From Deltaproteobacteria bacterium (GTDB lineage: Bacteria > Desulfobacterota > BSN033 > UBA1163), in the NCBI GenBank assembly GCA_020059605.1, contig JAGVBT010000044.1:42554-106553 (forward strand): a stretch of DNA of 64,000 bases. The letters are read 5' to 3'. Each line of letters opens with the position of its first letter. Position 1 is the first letter of the stretch. A program made the position numbers and the translations under genes. Below, piece by piece: positions 28,448-37,173 of the stretch. Below the pieces are notes generated by a model. The model ran no database searches. It had not been told where the DNA came from and saw nothing but the letters and a program-made list of their open reading frames with translations.

Positions 28448-30907
28448 TTGACAAAACCAGTTAAAGGAGATAATTTGGGGTCGATGAAGACGATTGTCGA
28501 GGTGGCGGTCGGACTTCCTGTCTCAAGGACTTTTCACTACCTGATTCCCGAGCACATGAGAGGTTCCTTCCAGGTCGGAATGAGGGTGCTCGTTCCTTTT
28601 AAAGGGCGGAAGGTGACCGGCTTTGCCATCGATTTTTTAGACCGGCCCCCGGAAGGAATTGAAGAGAAGCTGAGAGAGGTGGAGGACCTCCTTGATGAAG
28701 CGCCCCTGATCGAACCGAAGATGCTCCGCTTCTACCGTTGGATTTCGGACTATTACCTCTATCCGCTGGGAGAGGTCATCAAGACCGGGCTTCCACCGGG
28801 GCTCCATTTAAAAAGCGAACTGATTTTAAGCCTGACCGCCGCCGGATTCGACTCTCTCCATCAGGGAAATTTAGGGCCGGCCGCGGAGAAGGTCCTGAGG
28901 GAGATCGCAAGATGCGGGAAGATTTCCTTGAAGGGGATACTAAAAACGTTTCCCAACTTTCCCTCGAGATCTCAACTCTTCTCCATGAAGAGAAAGGGAC
29001 TCCTCCATATGGAGGCAAGCCTGGAAGGCAAGGAAGTCAAGCCCAAACTCGAGAGAATTGTCCGTTATCAGGAGAGCGAATCTGTTCCACCGATCTCAAA
29101 AAAGGAGTCCGGGATCCTGAAATGGATAGAGGAGAGAAAAGAAATCTCTTATTCCGAATTGAATAAGAGATTCAAATCTCCTTCCAAATGCTTGCGGTCT
29201 CTCCAGGAAAAAAGACTCATTTCAATCATACCACGTGAGGTCTGCCGCAACCACTCGGTCCAATCCGAGCTCAATCCCTATCCAAAGCCCGAGCTCACTT
29301 CGGATCAGGAAAAAGTGCTCGGAGAGATCCTGAGGGGAATCGATTCGAAACGATACGCCCCCTTTCTCATCCACGGGGTCACAGGAAGCGGTAAGACGGA
29401 AGTTTACCTTCGGGCAATCGAAGCTGTTCTGCGCCAGGGAAGAGAGGCGATCATCCTTGTCCCGGAGATCTCGTTGACACCCCAGCTTCTTTCCCGTTTC
29501 AAGGACCGCTTCGAGGAGAACCTTGTTCTGCTCCACAGCGGGCTCGGAAGGGGGGAGCGCTACGACCAGTGGAGGAAGATCTGGAGGGGAGAGGCAAAGA
29601 TTGCCCTGGGGACGCGCTCCGCGATCTTTGCACCCTTTAAGAATGTGGGAATCATCATCGTGGACGAGGAGCATGATCCTGCCTATAAGCAAGAGGAAAA
29701 GTTGAAATATCATGCCAGAGATATTGCCGTCGTCAGGGTGAAAGAGGCCGAGGCGACACTTCTGCTCGGTTCAGCCACTCCTTCTTTGGAATCGTTCTAT
29801 AACGCGGAGAAGGGAAAATTCCGTCTGCTCGCTCTTCCCGAAAGGATCGAAGGAAAGTCCCTTCCGAAAGTGGAGGTGGTGGACATGAGGGGGGAGCAAG
29901 GCCTTCTCTCAGAGAAGTTGAAAGCGGCGCTCCGGAAGAATATCGAGGAGAAGAGGCAGAGCCTCCTCTTCCTTAACCGGAGGGGGTTTGCCAATTTTAT
30001 CCTCTGCCCGGAATGCGGCTTCACCTTCAAGTGTCCAAACTGCAGCGTCACACTCACCTACCATATGAGAGATCGCACCCTTCAGTGCCACTATTGCGAT
30101 TATCGAATCAAAGCGCCGGGGGACTGCCCGAAATGCGAAGGTCACCGTCTCCGGGGAATGGGAGTTGGAACGGAGCGCCTGGAACATGAGATAAAAGACT
30201 TATTTCCCGGAAAAGAGATAGGGCGGATGGATCGCGACACGACTACAAAGAGGCAATCTCATCAACAGATTCTTAAGGGGCTCCAGTCCGGGAAGACTGA
30301 CATCCTGGTCGGGACGCAGATGATTGTCAAAGGCCATGACTTCCCCAATGTGACCTTTGTCGGGGTGATCTCTGCCGATGCCTCCCTCCACTTCCCCGAC
30401 TTCCGCTCGGGCGAGAGAACCTTCCAGCTCCTCACGCAGGCGGCCGGGAGGGCGGGCAGAGGGGAAGCGGCCGGAGAGGTGGTGATCCAGACCCTTAACC
30501 CGGACCATTACAGCATCGTAAGGGCAAAGGATCATGACTTTGATGGATTCTACCGCGAAGAGATCGGATTCCGGAGATCCCTGGGTTATCCTCCTTTCTT
30601 CCGGTTCATCAATTTCAGGCTGACCGGAAACAGTGAGAAGGGAACCAAGACGCTGGCAGAGGAGATGGGAAGGATTGGACAGTCCCTCTTGAAAAGGGGG
30701 TTTGAAAAGGGAATTGAGCTTTTGGGCCCCAGTACAGCCCCATTTGTCAGGATGAAGGGCAAGTTCCGTATCCAGATGATAGCCAAAGGGGTAAACTCCC
30801 GGCTCCTTCATCAATTTGCCGAGGAGCTCGCCAAGAGGATGGAGGGTCAGATGAAGGGCCGGGGCATCCATCTGGATATTGATGTGGACCCGATCTTCCT
30901 CCTATAA
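28448..30907 (+). CDS. priA: Primosomal protein N' (replication restart helicase PriA)
   Basis: The N-terminal 3'-binding domain, the DEAH-box helicase motifs (GVTGSGKTEVY, DEEHD) and the Cys-rich zinc fingers CPECG...CPNC...CHYCDY...CPKC are present. The true start may be M13 (28484). Confidence 0.95.
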   Translation: MTKPVKGDNLGSMKTIVEVAVGLPVSRTFHYLIPEHMRGSFQVGMRVLVPFKGRKVTGFAIDFLDRPPEGIEEKLREVEDLLDEAPLIEPKMLRFYRWISDYYLYPLGEVIKTGLPPGLHLKSELILSLTAAGFDSLHQGNLGPAAEKVLREIARCGKISLKGILKTFPNFPSRSQLFSMKRKGLLHMEASLEGKEVKPKLERIVRYQESESVPPISKKESGILKWIEERKEISYSELNKRFKSPSKCLRSLQEKRLISIIPREVCRNHSVQSELNPYPKPELTSDQEKVLGEILRGIDSKRYAPFLIHGVTGSGKTEVYLRAIEAVLRQGREAIILVPEISLTPQLLSRFKDRFEENLVLLHSGLGRGERYDQWRKIWRGEAKIALGTRSAIFAPFKNVGIIIVDEEHDPAYKQEEKLKYHARDIAVVRVKEAEATLLLGSATPSLESFYNAEKGKFRLLALPERIEGKSLPKVEVVDMRGEQGLLSEKLKAALRKNIEEKRQSLLFLNRRGFANFILCPECGFTFKCPNCSVTLTYHMRDRTLQCHYCDYRIKAPGDCPKCEGHRLRGMGVGTERLEHEIKDLFPGKEIGRMDRDTTTKRQSHQQILKGLQSGKTDILVGTQMIVKGHDFPNVTFVGVISADASLHFPDFRSGERTFQLLTQAAGRAGRGEAAGEVVIQTLNPDHYSIVRAKDHDFDGFYREEIGFRRSLGYPPFFRFINFRLTGNSEKGTKTLAEEMGRIGQSLLKRGFEKGIELLGPSTAPFVRMKGKFRIQMIAKGVNSRLLHQFAEELAKRMEGQMKGRGIHLDIDVDPIFLL

Positions 30908-30920
30908 TGAGCGAATCAAC

Positions 30921-31050
30921 ACCATCCATTGGAATGATGGAATGTTGGAAAAATGGAATAATGGGTTGCAGGAAATAAAGGACTATATCGATGTTTTTTC
31001 TATTAAACCCATCATTCCAATATTCCATTATTCCACCATTCCAGTCCATT
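30921..31050. repeat. AT-rich TGGAAT/ATTCCA word repeats forming an imperfect palindrome
   Basis: CCATTGGAATGATGGAATGTTGGAAAAATGGAATAATGGG ... CCCATCATTCCAATATTCCATTATTCCACCATTCCAGTCCATTG lies in the priA/paaK-like intergenic region. Confidence 0.8.
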
Positions 31051-31062
31051 GAGGAGATCATG

Positions 31063-32340
31063 ATGATCGATCGGAGACATGGCTATTACAATGAAGGTCA
31101 GGAGACGATGTCAAAGGAGAAGAGGGAAGCCTATCAGGGGGAGAAGCTCTCTGAAATCCTGATGCATGGGTATCGCCATTCAAAGGCGATCCGCTCGGGG
31201 TTTGAAAGGGTGGGGTTAAAACCCGACGCAATACGAGATTTGAAAGATCTGGAGAAACTCCCCATCACCAAAAAGCCCGATCTGGTGAACGCCCAGAAGG
31301 ACACCCTTCCCTTTGGAGGGTTCGAGGTTCTTCCAGAGGAAGGCGTTCGAAGAATCTACGTTTCACCCGGACCGGTTTATGAACCCGGGGAATGGGATTA
31401 TGAAGATTTTCGCTGGGCGCAAGCCCTCTTTGCCTGCGGGATAAGAAGAGGCGATATCGCTCTCAACACCTTCAACTACCATCTCACGCCCCTGGCCCTC
31501 ATGCTGGACGAATCGCTCCGGATGCTCAAGGCCACGGTCGTCCCTGCGGGTCCCGGAAATATCTCGATGCAGATCAACCTGATGAGGCAGCTCCGGGCCA
31601 CAGCCTATATCGGGACCCCCAGTTTTCTCATGGCGATCATTGAGGCAGCGGAGGGAATGCATCTTGATCTGAAGAAGGATCTTCATCTGCAGGCCACCTT
31701 TGTCGGCGCGGAGATGTTTCCGGAATCGCTCCGTCAAAAGCTCGAGTCCAAGCTCGCTCTCCTCGTCCGGCAGGGCTATGGCACGGTGGATGTGGGCTGC
31801 CTTGGATTTGAATGCCCTGAGATGAAGGGGATGCACATTCCCGAGGATGTGATCGTGGAAATCGTCGATACGGAGACCGGAAAGGAGCTCGAGATCGGGG
31901 CGACCGGGGAGATCGTAGCCACCAATTTCAGCAAAGTCTTCCCGATGCTTCGCTTTGCCACAGGAGACCTCTCCTACCTGATCGAAGAACCCTGCGCCTG
32001 TGGCCGGACCTCGATGCGCCTTGGAAAAATCATGGGGCGGACGGACCAGGTGACCAAGGTCTGGGGAATCTTCATCCATCCTTGGCAGGTGGATGAGCTC
32101 ATGGCCAGGTTTCCGGTCATCGCCAACTACCAGGTGGTGGTGACGAGAAAAGATTACAAAGATGAGATGGCGATTTACATCGAATTGAAAGAGGAGATTG
32201 GGGATAAGATCGACCTGAAGAGGAGGCTGGAGAAAGAGGTCCGTGAAACCCTTAAGGTGATCTCCGATGTGATCTTTACCGCCAAGGGAGGAATTCCGGA
32301 CCGGGCCAAAAAGATTGATGACCGGCGGATCTGGGAGTAA
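31063..32340 (+). CDS. Phenylacetate-CoA ligase family protein (PaaK-like adenylate-forming enzyme)
   Basis: The PaaK-like AMP-binding core (...FNYHLTPLALM..., ...ATGDLSY...) is present. The start is placed at the second ATG, 6 nt after GAGGAG. Confidence 0.75.
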   Translation: MIDRRHGYYNEGQETMSKEKREAYQGEKLSEILMHGYRHSKAIRSGFERVGLKPDAIRDLKDLEKLPITKKPDLVNAQKDTLPFGGFEVLPEEGVRRIYVSPGPVYEPGEWDYEDFRWAQALFACGIRRGDIALNTFNYHLTPLALMLDESLRMLKATVVPAGPGNISMQINLMRQLRATAYIGTPSFLMAIIEAAEGMHLDLKKDLHLQATFVGAEMFPESLRQKLESKLALLVRQGYGTVDVGCLGFECPEMKGMHIPEDVIVEIVDTETGKELEIGATGEIVATNFSKVFPMLRFATGDLSYLIEEPCACGRTSMRLGKIMGRTDQVTKVWGIFIHPWQVDELMARFPVIANYQVVVTRKDYKDEMAIYIELKEEIGDKIDLKRRLEKEVRETLKVISDVIFTAKGGIPDRAKKIDDRRIWE

Positions 32341-32846
32341 TGGGGAACGAAGTTAAAATCAAAGTGGGGGGCATCATGGCGGCTACCGGTCTGTCGACGG
32401 TGAGCATCCTTTCGTTGCCCGACCGGCCCGATGTCCCGGGGATGGTCCTCCATGCAATGGGGGGCCATACGATCAATATCGAATTTGTCGTCCACAATAT
32501 CGATATCGACGGAAATGGAAATATGACCTTCTGTATCGACCAGAAGAATCTGGAGGCGGCCCTCGAGGTGTTAGAAGGGGTCAAGCCCCTGATCGACGCA
32601 AAAGGAATCTCATACCACCCCAATGTGGCCACGGTCAGCGTTTTCGGCCCCCACTTCAGGGAGAGGCCGATGATCTCCGGCCTGATGTTCAGTGCCCTGG
32701 GGACGGCCGGGATCAATGTCATGGCGATCAGCACCTCGATCTCCAGTTGCTCCTGTGTGATCGAGGCCAATCAGATCGAGGATGCCATGAGGGTCTTACA
32801 CGAAACCTTTGAGGCCCCCCATCAAGTTACCAAGTTTGCACCCTGA
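32340..32846 (+). CDS. Tandem ACT-domain protein
   Basis: 168 aa with two ACT-like ligand-binding repeats. There is a TAATG overlap with the ligase gene, the common PaaK-ACT pairing. Confidence 0.7.
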   Translation: MGNEVKIKVGGIMAATGLSTVSILSLPDRPDVPGMVLHAMGGHTINIEFVVHNIDIDGNGNMTFCIDQKNLEAALEVLEGVKPLIDAKGISYHPNVATVSVFGPHFRERPMISGLMFSALGTAGINVMAISTSISSCSCVIEANQIEDAMRVLHETFEAPHQVTKFAP

Positions 32847-32849
32847 TAA

Positions 32850-33125
32850 ATGAAAGAGGGAATTTTTATGGAAAAGGCTCTTGAGAAGCTGGCTGAACAG
32901 ATCCTTGCTTTTGACGAAGCTTCCCTCTCCAGCCTGAGGGAAAAGTACCGGCTGAGGATAGAACAGTTTGACGGAACAAGGGATTGGGAGAGGGCAATGA
33001 TCATCTATTCCATCATCAATGCCGTCAGTCTCAAGAACAACCTCTTCAATGACAACGTATTGAAGACAAGGAAGGGGATGGAAAAACGGGCCCCCAAACG
33101 ACCGGGCTTAAAAAGGGTGAAATAG
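32850..33125 (+). CDS. Small hypothetical protein (91 aa)
   Basis: The ORF runs in the same direction, 3 nt after the ACT gene. No recognisable motif. Confidence 0.35.
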   Translation: MKEGIFMEKALEKLAEQILAFDEASLSSLREKYRLRIEQFDGTRDWERAMIIYSIINAVSLKNNLFNDNVLKTRKGMEKRAPKRPGLKRVK

Positions 33126-33139
33126 CGAGGAAAAGATCG

Positions 33140-34312
33140 ATGATATTGAGGTCCCAGGCACTCTGCCCTATCCCCCCCCTTTTCATCTTCTGGTGTCTCT
33201 GGTATCTTAACTTTTCGACCCGGACGATCTTCTCACCCATTCTCCCCCTCATTGAAGACAGTCTTCTACTTTCCCATGGAAAGGCCGGGGGGCTCTTCAT
33301 CTCTCTTTCGGTCGGATATAGCCTTGCCCTCCTGGCCACCGGCCGTCTGATCCCTGTCTGGGGTTACAAGAGAACCGTGGTCATTGGTTTTTGGGGTGTG
33401 AGCCTCGTCTTCTTCGGATTTCAGTTTGCGGAGAGTTATGTTTCTTTCCACCTTCTCTTCTTTCTTCTTGGCATGGCCACAGGAACTTACATCCCCGGCA
33501 TTCTCCCCATCATCACCAACACCTATGAGTTTAGAAATTGGGGGAAGGCCATCGGCTTTCATGACTCCGCTGCAAGTTTTTCAATCTTCTCCATTCCCAT
33601 TCTGATGGCTTTTGGGTTGCAGTTCTTTTCCTATAAAACCCCTCTCCTCCTTTTAGGAATCGCTTCCCTGATCTTCCCCCTCTTTTTCTGGAAAGTATCG
33701 GTGGAGCCTGAAAAAGAGCCACTCCAAAAGGGAGAGGGGTATCTTAGCCTCTTTGGAAAGAGGACGATCTGGATCATGATCCTTTTCTGGATATTATCCT
33801 CAGGGTCCAGCATGGGGGTTTATTCCATCCTTCCTCTTTATCTCATCAAAGAGAGGGGGATTGACTTCAATTTAGCTAATAATCTACTGGGGATCTCCAG
33901 GGCGGGCGGAATGGCTGTGCCCATCCTTATCGGCTTTCTGGTCGATCGCTATGGGTACCGGACTATCCTTTTCCTGAGCCTTCTTCTGACCGGATTGAGC
34001 ACGATTGGACTCTCCCTATCGTCCCACCTGAGCCTCATTTTTATCTCCCTCATCCTCCAGTCCGTCTTCTCCCTGGGATTCTTTCCGGTAGCCCTGGCCA
34101 CGATTTCAAAGTTAACCCCCCTTTCCAGCCGGTCGATGGTACTCGGGGTGATCATGTCGGTCGGTGTTGGGTTTGGAATGGGAGTTACTCCCTTTCTTCT
34201 CGGATTGACCGCTGACCATTTCAACTTCAGAGTCGGGATGTTCTGGCTGGGTATATTAACCTCCCTTTCCTCCCTTTCAGTTCATCTTCTTAAGGAAGAG
34301 AGAACCGGATAG
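33140..34312 (+). CDS. MFS transporter
   Basis: 390 aa with 12 predicted TM helices and the MFS loop signature. Confidence 0.75.
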   Translation: MILRSQALCPIPPLFIFWCLWYLNFSTRTIFSPILPLIEDSLLLSHGKAGGLFISLSVGYSLALLATGRLIPVWGYKRTVVIGFWGVSLVFFGFQFAESYVSFHLLFFLLGMATGTYIPGILPIITNTYEFRNWGKAIGFHDSAASFSIFSIPILMAFGLQFFSYKTPLLLLGIASLIFPLFFWKVSVEPEKEPLQKGEGYLSLFGKRTIWIMILFWILSSGSSMGVYSILPLYLIKERGIDFNLANNLLGISRAGGMAVPILIGFLVDRYGYRTILFLSLLLTGLSTIGLSLSSHLSLIFISLILQSVFSLGFFPVALATISKLTPLSSRSMVLGVIMSVGVGFGMGVTPFLLGLTADHFNFRVGMFWLGILTSLSSLSVHLLKEERTG

Positions 34313-34411
34313 GCTATCACAATAGCTTGTGAAAGAATTTGATTGTTCGACTTGACAAAGGGGGGTTTTTCATGTTAACCTTGTGAAAACTTGTTACAAG
34401 GAGGTCGCAAC

Positions 34412-35047
34412 ATGGAATTAAAGGAGCCGCTGATACGGACGGGGCATCCTCCCCATTCCTTAAAACTAAAAAGAAGTGGATTTGGCTTCCGCAGTCTTCT
34501 CCCGAAAATCATCCTGGTCATCCTCATCTCCTCTCTCACCATACACCTCCCCAACTTCACAATCCAGACCACGAAAGGGGAGCTGGCTATCCGGGAGATT
34601 ACGGGGATACTGGAGAGATACTCGATCGATATCGACCATGTGACCAGAATCGAGCTGGCAGAAGCGATCTACGAGGAGTCGGTCCGGTATAACCATGATC
34701 CCAAGTTTATTCTGGCGCTCATTGCCATTGAGAGTTCCTTTCGAAACGGATCTGTCTCCGAAAAGGGCGCTAAGGGGCTGATGCAACTTATGCCCTACGT
34801 AGCGGAGTCGCTTGCCCAGGAACTGGGCATTGAGTGGAACGGAGATCCCACTCTTTTCAACCCCTTACTGAACATAAAGATGGGAATTCATTACCTTTCC
34901 CGGCTCATCCTTGACTTTAATGATGTCAGGGTTGCCCTGGTAGCATACAATTATGGACCCACCTATGTCAGAAGCCTTATCGACAGGAAGCAGAGAATTC
35001 CCTCCAACTACTATCATAAGGTCATCAACGCCTACCAGACCCTTTGA
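34412..35047 (+). CDS. Lytic transglycosylase (SLT domain) protein
   Basis: The SLT motifs ALIAIESSF and GAKGLMQLMP are present, with an N-terminal membrane anchor. Confidence 0.75.
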   Translation: MELKEPLIRTGHPPHSLKLKRSGFGFRSLLPKIILVILISSLTIHLPNFTIQTTKGELAIREITGILERYSIDIDHVTRIELAEAIYEESVRYNHDPKFILALIAIESSFRNGSVSEKGAKGLMQLMPYVAESLAQELGIEWNGDPTLFNPLLNIKMGIHYLSRLILDFNDVRVALVAYNYGPTYVRSLIDRKQRIPSNYYHKVINAYQTL

Positions 35048-35177
35048 TTTGCTATGCTCCCAATAGCATTCCCCGCGCCTTTGTGATAAGGTAGGATTGA
35101 ATTAAAAATGAAAGCTGGCCTCTCCTTATCCTTATCCAACCCAAAAACCATTTAGATGATCCGCAGGTGACTTTAAA

Positions 35178-36083
35178 ATGGCTTTTGTCCCTTCTTATAT
35201 CGGCTTTTACCAAAAAGGGGAGCTCGGTAAGAGAATCGGACTCCTCATGGATATTCTCAAGGAGTGCCGGCTCTGCCCGAGGGAGTGCCGGATCAACCGG
35301 TTGAGCGGGGAGGTTGGCTATTGCAAGGCGCCCAAGGAGCTGATGATCTCAAGCGCATTTCCCCATTTTGGCGAAGAACCCCCCCTGGTCGGATACCACG
35401 GGTCAGGGACGATCTTTCTCACCCACTGCAGCCTCCGATGCCTCTTCTGCCAGAATTATGATATCAGCCACGAGGGAAGTGGCGAGCGTGTCACCCCCTC
35501 TGATATGGCCCGGGCCATGAAGAGGCTTCAGGAGATGGGCTGCCATAACATCAACTTCGTCACTCCCACCCATTATACCCCTCAGATCATAGCCTCTCTT
35601 CCCGAGGCGATTGAGATGGGACTTCATCTCCCCATTGTCTACAATTGCTCCGGTTATGAATCGATGGAGGTGATTCAGCTCCTTGACGGGATTGTGGACA
35701 TCTATATGCCTGATGCGAAGTATATGGATGAGAAGCATGCCCGGAGGTATTCCAATGCTCCGGACTACCCGGAGGTCCTTAAAAAGATTCTCAAGGAAAT
35801 GCACCGCCAGGTAGGAGACCTGAGAATGAATTCCGCAGGAATTGCTGAAAGGGGACTTCTCATCCGGCACCTGGTGATGCCAAATGGGGTCGCTTCCTCT
35901 GAAGCGCTCCTGAAGTTCATCGCCGAGGAGGTCTCCGCTGACTCCTATGTTAACATCATGGCTCAGTACCGGCCTGAATACCGGGCTTTCGATCATCCAG
36001 AGATCAGTCGGAGAATTGCCCAGAAGGAGTATGCGGAGGCGATCCAGATTGCAAAACGCTTCCATCTCTATCGGGGTTTTTAG
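35178..36083 (+). CDS. Radical SAM protein of the PflX family (PFL-activase-like)
   Basis: The C-x3-C-x2-C motif is in THCSLRCLFCQNYD. The rest matches the COG1313-like pattern. Confidence 0.7.
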   Translation: MAFVPSYIGFYQKGELGKRIGLLMDILKECRLCPRECRINRLSGEVGYCKAPKELMISSAFPHFGEEPPLVGYHGSGTIFLTHCSLRCLFCQNYDISHEGSGERVTPSDMARAMKRLQEMGCHNINFVTPTHYTPQIIASLPEAIEMGLHLPIVYNCSGYESMEVIQLLDGIVDIYMPDAKYMDEKHARRYSNAPDYPEVLKKILKEMHRQVGDLRMNSAGIAERGLLIRHLVMPNGVASSEALLKFIAEEVSADSYVNIMAQYRPEYRAFDHPEISRRIAQKEYAEAIQIAKRFHLYRGF

Positions 36084-37034
36084 GTGAAATTGCAGGAAGC
36101 CTTTCGAGAGATTCAATGCCTTAAAAAGAGAGTCCGATCCCTTACCAAAGAGATTGAATCCATCAGGGGGATCTCGATAGAAGGGCCGTCTCCCGTGGAG
36201 GGGTTGCTTAGGATGAGAGGGATTCGGGTCTTCAGAAAAAATCCCGGCGATCGGCTCTTCTTCCCTTCCGACCTATCCGGATCCTGTCAAACCCGATTCT
36301 ATGAGATGATGAAGAGGTACTCCTTCCGGCTCGTGCTCCGGGATATGATCAAGAACCAGGATGGGTTTCGCATCCGGGATTTGACCCACTACTGCTCTTC
36401 AGAAGTCGTCCGGCGGTATTGTCAGATTCTCTGTGATATGGGAGTGATCATAAAGAGCGGAAGGGCGAGTTACCGGACCGGCGTCAGGCCCCTTTACAGT
36501 TTCGGGCCGACCTTAGAGTGGTTCATTGCCGAGATGTTTAAAAGGGAGTTCGCTTCCCCTGCCCTTTATGGAGTGAGCGTGAAGAAGACCCGCTCCGGCG
36601 GAGATTACGATGTAATGGGCTCCTGGAATCAGAGACTGGTCTATGCGGAGGTGAAGTCCTCCCCTCCCAAAGGGGTTGAACAGGCTGAGATCTCCACCTT
36701 CTTCTCAAGGCTGGAAGACCTCTTGCCCGATGTGGCCATCCTCTTCAATGATACTCAATTGAGGATGAAGGATAAACTGGTGGTGATGTTTGAGGAGGCA
36801 CTGAGCCGAAGATATGGAGAGGAGTCGAAAAAGCTTTATGCTGTGGAGAGGCTGATCGGAGAACTCTTCCATATCCAGCACCGTATCTTCATCGTCAACA
36901 GCAAAAAAGATGTGGCGGAAAATTTTGGGATCTGCCTCAGGGATTATCTGAGACACGGAACCCCTTCTCCCTCTTCTCGCCCCGTTGGGGTGGTGTCACA
37001 ATTAACCGTTCGCCCTGAGGTTCTCGAAGGGTGA
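36084..37034 (+). CDS. Hypothetical protein, with a predicted winged-helix domain followed by a PD-(D/E)xK-like motif
   Basis: GTG start overlapping the PflX stop. A coiled-coil N-terminus and a wHTH-like segment (RFYEMMKRYSFRLVLRDMIKNQDGFRIRDL) are present. GGDYDVMGSWNQRLVYAEVKS fits a D...E-x-K nuclease core. The last roughly 25 codons are encoded by dispersed repeats. Confidence 0.4.
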   Translation: MKLQEAFREIQCLKKRVRSLTKEIESIRGISIEGPSPVEGLLRMRGIRVFRKNPGDRLFFPSDLSGSCQTRFYEMMKRYSFRLVLRDMIKNQDGFRIRDLTHYCSSEVVRRYCQILCDMGVIIKSGRASYRTGVRPLYSFGPTLEWFIAEMFKREFASPALYGVSVKKTRSGGDYDVMGSWNQRLVYAEVKSSPPKGVEQAEISTFFSRLEDLLPDVAILFNDTQLRMKDKLVVMFEEALSRRYGEESKKLYAVERLIGELFHIQHRIFIVNSKKDVAENFGICLRDYLRHGTPSPSSRPVGVVSQLTVRPEVLEG

Positions 37035-37153
37035 ACGGTTTGCTCAGCCTCCGGCTCAGAGAGCCTCTGGCTCGGAGAGGAGAGGCTCTGTCGAACCGAG
37101 AGGGACTTGCGACACAACCTCCCCTGCGGGGAGAGGGTCGGGGTGAGGGGCGA
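36961..37153. repeat. Composite cluster of dispersed palindromic repeats (family 1 half-copies plus a family 2 hairpin plus an extra hairpin)
   Basis: 36961-36992 CCCCTTCTCCCTCTTCTCGCCCCGTTGGGGTGG is a family-1 left arm. 37005-37038 AACCGTTCGCCCTGAGGTTCTCGAAGGGTGAACGGTT is a family-2 hairpin. 37046-37082 CAGAGAGCCTCTGGCTCGGAGAGGAGAGGCTCTG is a hairpin. 37119-37150 CCCCTGCGGGGAGAGGGTCGGGGTGAGGGG is a family-1 right arm. Confidence 0.7.
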
Positions 37154-37173
37154 ATCTTCAAAAGGTAAGTAAG

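Noticed and set aside
29222-30871. Minus-strand ORFs 29222..29713 and 30200..30871
   Set aside because: They lie inside priA on the opposite strand.
31363-32079. 238-aa minus-strand ORF
   Set aside because: It is antisense to the PaaK-like ligase gene.
35403-36116. 237-aa minus-strand ORF
   Set aside because: It is antisense to the PflX radical SAM gene.
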